Positions 27,984 through 37,672 of a DNA stretch of 64,000 nt are shown one piece after another; the stretch's first letter is position 1; every line of letters starts with the position of its first letter. The notes beneath the pieces were generated by a model, which saw nothing but the letters and a program-made list of their open reading frames with translations, did not search any database and had not been told where the DNA came from. This DNA is from Spirochaetaceae bacterium. GTDB lineage: Bacteria; Spirochaetota; Spirochaetia; SZUA-6; Bin103. The position numbers were made by a program, and so were the translations under genes. The stretch lies in assembly GCA_028821475.1 (NCBI GenBank), contig JAPPGB010000171.1, forward strand, positions 12,727 to 76,726. Direction: 5' to 3'.

Positions 27984-29261
27984 ATGACCAACCTGCGCCA
28001 GGCACTGCGCACCCTCCACCCCGACGTGTACCGGTACCTGTTCGCCATGGGCATCGTGGGGTTCAGCTACTTCGGCTTCGTTTCGGTGCTGCTCAACCTG
28101 TACCTGCTGCGGCTCGGCTACGGCACCGACTACATCGGCCTGGTCAACGGCGGCATTGCCCTTGCCTTCGCGGCGTGCTCCCTGCCGGCGGGCGCAATCG
28201 GAGGGCGCCTCGGGATGCGCCGTACCGCGGCGATCGGCATGGCCCTGGTGGCGGCGGGAATGACACTCGTCCCGGTGGCCGGCACCATCCTGTCCGGCAC
28301 GCCGCGCGACGTGGGCATCATCGCCATGCGCGTGCTCTCCGGAATGGGGTTTGCCTGCTACATCGTGAATGCCTATCCCTACATGGTGGCGGCCACCGGC
28401 CCCCGGGAGCGGACCTACGCGTTCGCATTCATGTCCGCGCTGCCGCCGCTCACCGGCTTCGCCGGCAGCATCGTCTCCGGCGTGCTGCCGGGCTGGATCG
28501 CGCCCCTGCTCGGGCGGGATCTGAGCCACCCGGAGCCGTTCGCGGTCGCCCTGATCCTGGCGGGGGTGGTCCTGCTGCCGACCGTTCCCGCGGTGGCGCG
28601 CACCAGCGACCGCGAGCCGGCAAAGCGCGGCCCGCCGCAGGCGGAGGATATCGGTCCGTCGCCCGGCGGGCGGAGCGCGGAAGGCGCCCTGTACGCGTTG
28701 ATCTTCGTGCTTGCGTTCACCGCCCTGCTGCGCTCCGCCGGCGAAGGGGCGGCGCGCACGTTCATCAACGTCTACCTGGAGGTGGACCTCGCGGCTTCGC
28801 CGGCGCGCATCGGGGTGCTGCTTGCAATCGGAACGGTGGCCGCGGGACCGGCTGCACTGATCGCACCGGCACTGGCCGCGCGCGCCGGCAAGGTACCGGT
28901 GATCGTGGTCACCGGCCTGCTTACCGCTGCCGGCATGGTGATCCTGGCAACCGTCCCGCACTGGGCCGCGGCGGGACTCGGCTTCACGCTGGTGGTCGGA
29001 CTGCGGTCGATCACCCAGTCGGTGTCCGCGGTACTGCACATGGAGATCGTGCCGGCGAGTCGGCGCACGGTTACCTCGGGAGTGATGGCGATGGCGATGG
29101 GCATGGGCTTCATGTCGATCTCGTTCGCCGGCGGCTACCTGATCCCGGCCCTCGGCTTCCCGGGCTTCTATCACCTGGCCACGGCCACCACCGTCGTCAG
29201 CGCACTGATCTTCTGGCTCTACTTCCGCATCCCCCGCGGCGAGTACCAGGCCCGCCCTTGA
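27984..29261 (+). CDS. MFS transporter (paralog 2, tandem duplicate)
   Basis: MTNLRQALRTLHPDVYRYLF...GFSYFGFVSVLLNLYLLRLGYGTDYIGLVNG is nearly identical to the N-terminus of paralog 1. Confidence 0.8.
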   Translation: MTNLRQALRTLHPDVYRYLFAMGIVGFSYFGFVSVLLNLYLLRLGYGTDYIGLVNGGIALAFAACSLPAGAIGGRLGMRRTAAIGMALVAAGMTLVPVAGTILSGTPRDVGIIAMRVLSGMGFACYIVNAYPYMVAATGPRERTYAFAFMSALPPLTGFAGSIVSGVLPGWIAPLLGRDLSHPEPFAVALILAGVVLLPTVPAVARTSDREPAKRGPPQAEDIGPSPGGRSAEGALYALIFVLAFTALLRSAGEGAARTFINVYLEVDLAASPARIGVLLAIGTVAAGPAALIAPALAARAGKVPVIVVTGLLTAAGMVILATVPHWAAAGLGFTLVVGLRSITQSVSAVLHMEIVPASRRTVTSGVMAMAMGMGFMSISFAGGYLIPALGFPGFYHLATATTVVSALIFWLYFRIPRGEYQARP

Positions 29262-29319
29262 CCCCCGAAAGTGAAGATCGACATCGAGAGCATGAGCTAT
29301 CGCATCGACAGTTCAGTTC

Positions 29320-29736
29320 TCATAACGTGCCTCGCGGGGCGATCCACTCTGCGGGCTGGCCAGTGACCTCCGCGATACGGTCGAAGTCTTCGTCGTAGTG
29401 CCACAGTGTTGCACCCGCCGTCTCGGCACAGGCGGCGATTATCAGATCCGCTATCTTCACGCTGCGGTGGTGCAGACCGCCTCGTCCGGCTAGCAGGTGT
29501 TGGACTTCGAGTGCCCGCTCGAAGTGTTCCGCTGTACACGGGAGTTGATGGAGCGCAAGCAATTCCGCGCTGAGCTTCTCGTAGTCGTCGGCGCTGCGAG
29601 CCGAATAGAGCACTTCAAGCCTGATTTGAGCACAGGTAGCGAGGGTGTCCGTCATCAACTGCCGTTCCCACGCGACGGAGACCGTGGGTTTCGTCGCACG
29701 GTGCCACGCGCTGGTGTCGGCCAGGTACAGCCTCAA
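29320..29736 (-). CDS. vapC: type II toxin VapC (PIN-domain ribonuclease)
   Basis: PIN acidic residues (LYLADTSAW..., ...HYDEDFDRI). Overlaps the upstream antitoxin gene by 4 nt. Confidence 0.8.
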   Translation of the reverse strand: MRLYLADTSAWHRATKPTVSVAWERQLMTDTLATCAQIRLEVLYSARSADDYEKLSAELLALHQLPCTAEHFERALEVQHLLAGRGGLHHRSVKIADLIIAACAETAGATLWHYDEDFDRIAEVTGQPAEWIAPRGTL

Positions 29737-29945
29737 CGGTGCCAGCTTCGGCTCGCTTCGAACATCTGCTCGCCACGGTCGATCCCTTCGCCTGATCGGA
29801 TGCGAGCAGCTAGCCGTCGTCGGAGAGCCGCACGGATCACCTCTTGCAGCGCCAACTCAACCGTGTCCTTGACTCCTGATGTACCGAGTACCTGCTGAGC
29901 CCGAGCAAGCTGTTGTTCGTCGACTTCCAGCGATGTGCGTCTCAT
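29733..29945 (-). CDS. vapB: antitoxin VapB (Rv0623-like/PSK transcription-factor family)
   Basis: MRRTSLEVDEQQLARAQQVLGTSGVKDTVELALQEVI is typical of this antitoxin family. ATGA overlap with vapC. Confidence 0.7.
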   Translation of the reverse strand: MRRTSLEVDEQQLARAQQVLGTSGVKDTVELALQEVIRAALRRRLAARIRSGEGIDRGEQMFEASRSWHR

Positions 29946-30070
29946 GGCACTACGGTAGCACAAGAGCCCAGGCAATTCAAGCATTCAAACGTCGGTTCTA
30001 TACATGCTTCAGCAAGGTCATTTTTCGTGCGCATCTGCTTCCGACTACACCACATCGGTCACTCGAAGGG

Positions 30071-30481
30071 TCACGGAGCAAGCCAGTTTTCGAGAGTGAG
30101 GCCGGTGATGCGGTTGAAGTGGCGGGTGTTGGCGGTAACCAGGGTCAGGGAACGGGTCAGCGAGATTGCAGCTATGCGCAGGTCGGGCTCAGCAAGTGGC
30201 ATGCCGTCCGCCTCAAGCTCCGCCCGGAGGTGACCGTAGCGCTCTGCTGCCGCGACGTCGAACGGTACTACCGTGACTAGATGGTGGAGCAAGGCGCGAA
30301 CGCGGTCCGCGAGAGCATCGGAACCGCGCTTGGCGGCGCCGTAGACCATTTCGCCGTAGGTGATGGAGGTGGTGAACTGCTGCGACGGCGGCGTAACGGC
30401 GAGCCGGCGAACGAGATGTAGCGGTGGATGCCGGCGCAGAACGGCCGACAAGATGTCGGTATCGAAGCAATACACCGTCAA
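30071..30481 (-). CDS. vapC: type II toxin VapC (PIN domain), second copy
   Basis: MTVYCFDTDILSAVLRR...VTANTRHFNRI. Overlaps the upstream phd by 4 nt. Confidence 0.8.
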   Translation of the reverse strand: MTVYCFDTDILSAVLRRHPPLHLVRRLAVTPPSQQFTTSITYGEMVYGAAKRGSDALADRVRALLHHLVTVVPFDVAAAERYGHLRAELEADGMPLAEPDLRIAAISLTRSLTLVTANTRHFNRITGLTLENWLAP

Positions 30482-30753
30482 TCGAAACGCGGAACGGCAC
30501 GGTCGGTGGCCTGATCACGCGCGGCGTAGATCTCGCTGACCAGGTCGTCGAGACCCTGCCAATCGGAGAGTGCGCCGGCCGCGGCCGCCAGTCCAACGGG
30601 ACGGGAGGGACGTGCCGGACTCACTTCGTCCGGCGGAACCAATGCCATCACGGGCGTGCCACGACGAGCGATGAGGATTCGCTCGCCGTCGGATACCCGA
30701 TCAATGAGTTCGCTGAAGTGCCGCTTGGCTTCGGCGACGTTGTAGCTCGCCAT
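30478..30753 (-). CDS. Phd/YefM family antitoxin
   Basis: MASYNVAEAKRHFSELIDRVSDGERILIARRGTPVMALVP is the classic Phd/YefM fold signature. Confidence 0.8.
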   Translation of the reverse strand: MASYNVAEAKRHFSELIDRVSDGERILIARRGTPVMALVPPDEVSPARPSRPVGLAAAAGALSDWQGLDDLVSEIYAARDQATDRAVPRFD

Positions 30754-30802
30754 GCTCAGTGTCATACATGACATATAAACTGCCAGATGACATTATGTCA
30801 AC

Positions 30803-32210
30803 TCACCGGTTTGGGAGAAGAGTGTCGGAAGCATGCTGCTTGGTGCGGAGGTGGTCGATGAGGCGTGGCAGGGATTGCACGGCGTAGAGCGGCAGGGAGA
30901 GCAATTGCAGGGTGACGGGTTGCAGGGCGTTGGCGGTGCGGATGGTGTGGCGGATGGTTTGCAGGCTCGGCGGGTTGGCGTCGAAGCGGACGGCCAGCGG
31001 CGGCGGTTTCTCGTGCGCGAACTGCAGCAGGGACTTCATGGAGCCGCTGCGGCCTGCCTTTACCTCGATGGGGAGGATCCAATCTCCCCGTGAGATGACG
31101 TAGTCCACCTCGGCGTTGCCCTTGCGTCCCTGACGCAGCCAGTAGTGCAGTTCAGGGCGCCGCTCACCGCCTCCGAACGACGCCAGTTCCTGGCCAACAT
31201 ACTGTTCGGCGATACTGCCTTCGTTCACCAGGCGGGTGTCGTCCATGGCATCGACGGCCGGTGCATCGACGCCGCAGACGTGGTTCATCAATCCGACGTC
31301 CAAGAACAGCAGTTTGTAGGTGCGGTGGTCGATGCCGGCGCCGAGGGGCAGGCCGGAGCAGTGGCTGTGGACGACGCGGTTGCAGATCCGCGCCTTCACC
31401 AGCAGTTCGATCGCATCGCGCACCTCGCCCGAGCGCGAGTCCGCGTCCAGGGTGTGGTAGGCGACCTTGCGCCCGACCGATCCCGGTATGCTGCGAAACA
31501 GGCGCTGCAGGCGGACAAGTTGAGAGCCTCTGGCGTACTTCGCGAAATCGTCCTGGTAAGTCTCCGCGATCGACCGGTGCACGGCGGCCACCTCGAGGGG
31601 CGAACCTGCCGTCTCCCTGTGCGCCAGCACGGCTTCCGGCAGGCCGCCGACCAGCAGGTATTCCCTGCAACGCCGGAGCTGGCGGCGGTGGGCCGCTTCC
31701 GCCAGCGGCGTGTCCAGGTCCAGTGCAGCGAGTTGCTCGGCCGCCCCTGGATCGGTAGCGTTCAGGAACTCGAAGTACGACATTGGGCCCAGGTGCAGGT
31801 ACTCGATGCGCCCCACGGGCATGGGGAACGGGTGATCGGCAAGGGTGAACTCCAACAACGAACCCGCCGCCAGCACCGGCAGCTCCGGGCGGTCCTCGTA
31901 GAGATAGCGTAGCGCTTGCAGCGCATGCGGGGCCGCCTGCACCTCGTCGAGAAACAGGATTGACCCTGCCAGCCGGACCCCCGACCGCTTCCAACTCGCG
32001 CGTGATGCGGCCGGTGTCCAGGGTCTCGAACACCCGGTCGAGGTAGAGGTTGCGTTCCAGGTTCACTTCGCACAGGCCCATCCCGGAGGCGGCCGCGAAT
32101 TGGCGTACGAGCGTCGTCTTGCCCACCTGCCGCGCGCCGCGAAGCACCAGCGGCTTGCGGCGGCGCCGATCAAGCCACCGGTGCAGGACCTGTTCGGCGA
32201 GTCTTTCCAT
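30803..32210 (-). pseudogene. DUF4143-type AAA+ ATPase, frameshifted near a G5 run (~31963-31972)
   Basis: The N-terminal frame reads MERLAEQVLHRWLDRRRRKPLVLRGARQVGKTTLVRQF... (Walker A). The rest continues in another frame as ...ILFLDEVQAAPHALQALRYLYEDRPELPVLAAGSLLEF.... Confidence 0.7.
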
Positions 32211-32390
32211 AATACACCCCTATTAGATCATAACCACTGACAATATAGGGGTCTATAATGGACATTGCCCATGGTCCGGCGGCGGTGGGTGGATGCGGCG
32301 GGAACAAGGCAGCGGCCGCCGGATGGGCAGCCGCTGCCGATTGCTTCGCGCTGCTTCCGGGAGGAAGCGGCCCGGTTGTTGTAGGAGGCC

Positions 32391-34358
32391 CTACTTGTAG
32401 AAGAACTGCGCGGCGAAGTAGTTGAGGTTCAGGGTTTCCTCGAACCAGGGGTGCGGGATCTCGGGCGTGTTGCCGATGTTGGGGCGCGCGATGAACACCA
32501 TCGGCGACATGCCGACCGTGCCGATCGTGAACAGATTGTCGGACAACCAACTCAGGTATTCCGTGCTGGCATCGAAGTACTCGTCGCTGTTGTAGACGAG
32601 GTTGATGCGGTTGCGGCCCATTGCGACCATTTCCTTGACCTCATCCGGCGGCTCTTCGCCGGGCAGCACGCCGCCCTCGAAGTCGTCGAGGCTCGCCAGT
32701 CCCGATGCCACCCGGTCGTTGGCATCGAGCCACAGCCACCACAGCGGCGCACGGATGGCGAAGCCGAACGTATAGCGCGACAGGAACGTGTACATCTCGA
32801 TGCCATGCACCGGTCCGCTGATCACGTCGGTATCCGGCGACCGCCGGCGCTCGCCCCAAATGTTGCCGCCCACTTCCTTGACCTGCACCTCGAATCCCAG
32901 GTCTTCCCAGAATTCCTTGACCAGCTCATGGGCGAGTGCAATGCCCTGGTGGATGATCGACGAATACTCGATGGTGAGCAGCATCGTGCGGCCCTCGGAG
33001 TCACGCCGCAGGCCGTCCGAGCCGCGCGCCAATCCGAGCTCGTCGAGCATGCGGTTGGCCTCGTCCGGAGCGTAGCGGGCATACGGGTTGTTCTCCGCCC
33101 ACTCCGCCTGGTAGTAGCTGGTGCCGGGAAGCACCGACGCCTGACGCGGCGTTGCGAAGCCGGAGAAAGCCACTCGGTTGATCTCGTCGCGATCGATTCC
33201 GAGCGACATCGCCTGCCGGAACTTGATGTTGTTGTACAGCTCGCGGCGCACCGGATCGGGGTGGTTGAGGTTGAAGCCGTACGACGCCTCGTTGCCCTCG
33301 ACGCCCGGGATCAGCTTGACCACGTAGTTGCCGGCGGCCTCGTTCTGCTTGTACAGGGTGTAGTTGTCCAGCGTGGCGGAGAGGAAGGCGACGTCGGCCT
33401 CGCCGGCGATGATCTTCAGGTCGTAGGTCTCCTTCTCGACCAGCTCGGAGACGATCCTGTCCGCGTAGGGAAGCTGGTTGCCGGCCTGGTCCACCTGGTG
33501 GAAGAACGGGTTGCGCACGAACGCGCGGATCGTGGTGGTCTGCTCGGTGAACATCCACGGGTCGACGCGCGGGCGGTTTATGTCATGGGTGGGCCGGAAG
33601 CTGGCGTGATTGTTGAACGCCTCGCCCCAGTTCTCGAAGCCCTCCTCCTTGGCAACCGCGTTGGCATCTTCGTTGTACGCGATGTGCCACTTGCTCAGGT
33701 AGTGCTTGGGGCTGTACAGCATCCAGTCGGTGGAGCGCCAGTGCACCATGTCGAGCAGGAACGCCGGGAACGGGCGGTTGAACTCGTAGCGCACCGTGTA
33801 GTCGTCCACCGCCACCACGTTGTCGATCTGCGAGCGGATGCCCCAGGTCTCCACCTCTTCCTGCTTGAACATGTCGTAGAACTTGAACGTGAAGTCATGC
33901 GCGGTGTACGGCGCGCCGTCCGACCACTTCATGCCCTCCCGCAAGAACAGGGTGAGGCTCATGTTGTCCGGAGAAAGCAGGTAGTCCTTGGCCACGTCCG
34001 GGCCGATCTTGCCGTCCGCGCCCATGCGCAACAGCGTCGGGCCGCGGCTCGGTTCCTCGGTCAGGTCGTTCCAGGGCGAGTTGTTGGTGGCGAACACGAA
34101 GAACGTACCGCCGTAGTTGCCTATCTCGGCCACCTCCAGCACCATCGGCTCGACCGGCAGCCGCTCGTCGACCGGCGGCAGTTCGCCACTCGACACCATC
34201 TTCGCGAGCATCGGCGCCTCGTTGTAGGTGCCGCTCGCCACCGTGGCCGTGGCCGTGGCCGTGACGCCACCGCCCTCCTCCTGGCCGCCGGCCCACGCCG
34301 TGCCAGTCATCAACAGCGCCGCCGTCACCAGCGACGCCAGGAACAATCGCTTCTTCAT
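32391..34358 (-). CDS. ABC transporter substrate-binding protein, family 5 (Opp/Dpp-like), large (~655 aa) with signal peptide
   Basis: MKKRLFLASLVTAALLMTGTAWAGG signal peptide, with SBP-5 fold features throughout. Confidence 0.85.
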   Translation of the reverse strand: MKKRLFLASLVTAALLMTGTAWAGGQEEGGGVTATATATVASGTYNEAPMLAKMVSSGELPPVDERLPVEPMVLEVAEIGNYGGTFFVFATNNSPWNDLTEEPSRGPTLLRMGADGKIGPDVAKDYLLSPDNMSLTLFLREGMKWSDGAPYTAHDFTFKFYDMFKQEEVETWGIRSQIDNVVAVDDYTVRYEFNRPFPAFLLDMVHWRSTDWMLYSPKHYLSKWHIAYNEDANAVAKEEGFENWGEAFNNHASFRPTHDINRPRVDPWMFTEQTTTIRAFVRNPFFHQVDQAGNQLPYADRIVSELVEKETYDLKIIAGEADVAFLSATLDNYTLYKQNEAAGNYVVKLIPGVEGNEASYGFNLNHPDPVRRELYNNIKFRQAMSLGIDRDEINRVAFSGFATPRQASVLPGTSYYQAEWAENNPYARYAPDEANRMLDELGLARGSDGLRRDSEGRTMLLTIEYSSIIHQGIALAHELVKEFWEDLGFEVQVKEVGGNIWGERRRSPDTDVISGPVHGIEMYTFLSRYTFGFAIRAPLWWLWLDANDRVASGLASLDDFEGGVLPGEEPPDEVKEMVAMGRNRINLVYNSDEYFDASTEYLSWLSDNLFTIGTVGMSPMVFIARPNIGNTPEIPHPWFEETLNLNYFAAQFFYK

Positions 34359-34440
34359 CACGATGTTTCTCCTTGTAGTAGATCCGGAAGATCTGCGGGC
34401 GCCCACCGCCCGCAGCCGCCGCATACCGTAACGGCCTTAC

Positions 34441-35613
34441 TCACATGTGTCGAGTCGCATAGGGATCGGCCACGTCGCGCAGGCCGTCGCCGACCACGTT
34501 GAAGCACAGCACCGTGAATACCACGAACAGCGCCGGAATCAGCAGCCACTCGTTGAGCGCCACGGTGCGGATGTTCTGCGCCTGCTGCAGCATCACGCCC
34601 CAACTGATTACCGGGGGTCGCAGCCCGATGCCGAGGAAGCTGAGCGTGGTTTCACCCAGGATCATATACGGAATCGCCAGCGTCAGGTGAACGATCAGGT
34701 AGCTCATGAAGCCGGGCAGCAGATGGCGGAGGATGATCGTGAACTCCTTGGCCCCGGCGATCCCGGCCGCCATCACGAAGTCCTCGACCCTGAGTTGCAG
34801 GATCTTGCCGCGCACCACGCGCGCCAGCTCGGTCCAGCCCACGATGGACAGGATCAGGGTGATCATGAAGTAGGTGCGCAGCACCGGCCACTCGGTCGGC
34901 ACCGCCGCGGCCAGCGCCATCCACAGCGGGATCGACGGCAGCGACTGCAGGAATTCGATGATCCGCTGCACGATCATGTCCGTCGTTCCGCCGAAGAACC
35001 CGGAGGCGCCGCCGAGCAGGCAGCCGAGCACGAAGCTGATCGCCACCCCGACCAGGCCGATAGAGAGGGACACGCGGGCGCCCTGCAGCACGCGCGAGTA
35101 CATGTCGCGGCCGAGCCGGTCGGTGCCGAGCGGAAAGAAGGCACCCGGCTCGTCCACGCCCATCAGGTGCAGCCGGCTCGGGAACACTCCGATGAAGCGG
35201 TACTCATGGCCCTGCACGAAGAACCTGATCGGATACCGTTGCGTGCGATCGACGACGTAATTCTTGGCGAGCGTCTCGCGGTCCACTTCCTGGCGGAGAC
35301 CGTACACGAACGGGCGTTGCAGGCGGCCGTCATGAAAGAACCGCACTCGTGTCGGCGGCGTGAACTCATAGTCGGTGTTGCGTTCGTGCGTGTCGGCCAG
35401 CGCAAAGAAGCCGGCGAAGGCTGCCAACAGGTAGATCACGAGCAGTATGACGGTGCCAATCACGGCCAGCTTGTGCTTCAGGAACCGGCGCCGCATCAGC
35501 GTCCAGCTCGAGGCCAGGAAGTAGCGCTCCTCTTCGGCGGTCTCTGCGACGCCCGAGGAGTCGTCGAGACCGCGCGGCAAGGGCGTATCCTCGGGGCTGG
35601 AGCGGGTGCTCAC
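34441..35613 (-). CDS. ABC transporter permease (OppC/DppC-like with N-terminal extension)
   Basis: ...GTDRLGRDMYSRVLQGARVSLSIGLVGV... EAA region and ...GDGLRDVADPY C-terminus. Confidence 0.85.
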   Translation of the reverse strand: MSTRSSPEDTPLPRGLDDSSGVAETAEEERYFLASSWTLMRRRFLKHKLAVIGTVILLVIYLLAAFAGFFALADTHERNTDYEFTPPTRVRFFHDGRLQRPFVYGLRQEVDRETLAKNYVVDRTQRYPIRFFVQGHEYRFIGVFPSRLHLMGVDEPGAFFPLGTDRLGRDMYSRVLQGARVSLSIGLVGVAISFVLGCLLGGASGFFGGTTDMIVQRIIEFLQSLPSIPLWMALAAAVPTEWPVLRTYFMITLILSIVGWTELARVVRGKILQLRVEDFVMAAGIAGAKEFTIILRHLLPGFMSYLIVHLTLAIPYMILGETTLSFLGIGLRPPVISWGVMLQQAQNIRTVALNEWLLIPALFVVFTVLCFNVVGDGLRDVADPYATRHM

Positions 35614-35623
35614 TTGGGACTCC

Positions 35624-36622
35624 TCACGCGCGTGCCTCCGCGCCGAAGCGGATACGGGGGTCGATGGTCACCAGCAGGAGATCGGAGATCAGGGTGCCGA
35701 TCATGGCCAGGCCGCCGAGCATCATCACCATGCTGCCGGCCAGGTACATGTCCTGATCGGTGAGCGCGAGTATGAGCAGCGGGCCAATGGTCGGCAGGCC
35801 GAGCACGATGGAGACCAGCACCTCGCCGGACACGATGAACGGCAGCAGTCCGCCGATGGAACTGATGATCGGATTGATGGCGATGCGCACCGGATACTTG
35901 AACAGGATGCGCTGCTCGCGCACGCCCTTGGAACGCGCGGTCACCACGTACTGCTTGGCCAGCTCGTCGAGCAGCGAGCCGCGCAGGATCCGGATGATCG
36001 CCGCAGTGCCGGCCGTGCTGATCACGATCAGCGGCACGGGCAGGTGCTTCAAGAGGTCGATGACCTTGCCGAGGCTCCAATCCGCCATGATGTACTCGCG
36101 CGAAAACAGGCCGCCGGGACTCCACCCGAACAGCTTGACGGTGAGGAACATCAGGATCAGCGCAAGCAGGAAGTTGGGCGTGGCCAGACCGATGAATCCG
36201 AACACCGTGAACGTGTAGTCGGCGAACGAGTACTGGTGGGTAGCCGAGTAGATGCCGATCGGCACGGCGATCAGGTACACCAGGATCAGGCTGGAGATGG
36301 CGAGCGTGGTGGTAAGCAGCAGGCGTTCGCCGATCAGCCTGGTCACCTCCTCGTCCCACTGGAACGACCTCCCCATGTCGCCCTGCAGCAGGTTGAACAG
36401 CCAGGTCAGGTACTGTCCCATGAAGGGTTTGTCGAGGCCGTAGCGCTTCTTGAGGTCGGCGATGGTGTCGGCGTCGATGGTCATGCCGCGGTTCTCCATG
36501 TTGATGACCAGGGTGGACAGGAAGTCGCCCGGAGGGAGCTGGATGATCACGAACGACACGAACGACAGGATGAGCAGCAGCACGAACATGTAGAAGATGC
36601 GGCGTACGATGTAGCTGGCCAT
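35624..36622 (-). CDS. ABC transporter permease (OppB/DppB-like)
   Basis: MASYIVRRIFYMFVLLLILSFVSFVIIQLPPGD...VTARSKGVREQRILFKYPVRIAINP. Confidence 0.85.
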   Translation of the reverse strand: MASYIVRRIFYMFVLLLILSFVSFVIIQLPPGDFLSTLVINMENRGMTIDADTIADLKKRYGLDKPFMGQYLTWLFNLLQGDMGRSFQWDEEVTRLIGERLLLTTTLAISSLILVYLIAVPIGIYSATHQYSFADYTFTVFGFIGLATPNFLLALILMFLTVKLFGWSPGGLFSREYIMADWSLGKVIDLLKHLPVPLIVISTAGTAAIIRILRGSLLDELAKQYVVTARSKGVREQRILFKYPVRIAINPIISSIGGLLPFIVSGEVLVSIVLGLPTIGPLLILALTDQDMYLAGSMVMMLGGLAMIGTLISDLLLVTIDPRIRFGAEARA

Positions 36623-36750
36623 TTTTTGTCGGGCGCAGTGTACGCGGCCGCCGAGAATGATGCCAGTGGCGGCGCTGTCCGCCGTGGCCGCCGGGCGCGC
36701 GCCCCGGGACCGGGTTACCGCGCGCCCGGATGCGCGGTAAGGTTCAGCCC

Positions 36751-37659
36751 ATGACGCGCATGATCATCGACTGCGATCCGGGCCTGGACGACGCCATTGC
36801 CCTGATCCTGGCCCACCACTGCGCCGAGGTGGTCGGGATCACGACCGTGAGCGGCAACGTGCCGCTGGCGGCCACCACCGCCAACGCGCTGATGCTGACC
36901 GCTCTCCTGGACGTCGATACGCCGGTATACAGCGGGGCCGCGCAGCCGCTCGTCGCCGAGCCCACCTATGCGCCGCACGTGCACGGCGAGTCGGGCATGG
37001 GCGACTTCGAGCCGCCTGCCCACGACCGCACCGCCGCCGGCGATGACGCCGTCTCCTACCTGTTGGACGCGGCCGCGCCGGACGTGTGGGTGGTCGCCGT
37101 GGGGCCGCTGACCAACCTGGCGCTGGCCATCGAGCGCGATCCGGAGTGGGTGAAGCGCATCGCCGGCATCTCGGTCATGGGCGGCAGCACCGCCGGCGGC
37201 AACGTGACCGCGGCGGCCGAATTCAACATCTACGCCGATCCGGAAGCGGCGGCACGGGTGTTCGCCTCCGGCGCCGACATCGTCATGTGCGGGCTGAACC
37301 TGACCCACCAGGTGATGACCAGCGACGCGCTGGTCGCCGAGCTGCGCGCCGGCGGCGCACCGCTGGAACGGTTCGCCGCCGGGGTGTTCGACTTCCTGCA
37401 CGGGGTAATGGCGGATCTGCTCGGCGAACGCGCCACGGCGCTGCACGACCCGTGCGCGGTGCTTGCGGCCACCCACCCCGAGCTGTTCGAGCTGACGCCG
37501 CGGGCGGTCGGCGTAGAGGTGGCCGGCGCCCTGACCCGCGGCATGACCGTGGTGGACGAGCGCCCGAGCCACCTGGGCCCGCCGGCCAACGCCCGGGTGG
37601 CCTACCGCATCGACGCGCCGCGCACGATGGCCCTGGTACGGGAGTCCCTGCGCGCCTGA
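36751..37659 (+). CDS. nucleoside hydrolase (IU-NH family)
   Basis: DCDPGLDDAIAL aspartate-cluster motif, ~300 aa. Confidence 0.85.
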   Translation: MTRMIIDCDPGLDDAIALILAHHCAEVVGITTVSGNVPLAATTANALMLTALLDVDTPVYSGAAQPLVAEPTYAPHVHGESGMGDFEPPAHDRTAAGDDAVSYLLDAAAPDVWVVAVGPLTNLALAIERDPEWVKRIAGISVMGGSTAGGNVTAAAEFNIYADPEAAARVFASGADIVMCGLNLTHQVMTSDALVAELRAGGAPLERFAAGVFDFLHGVMADLLGERATALHDPCAVLAATHPELFELTPRAVGVEVAGALTRGMTVVDERPSHLGPPANARVAYRIDAPRTMALVRESLRA

Positions 37660-37672
37660 GGGGCTTCGGCCG

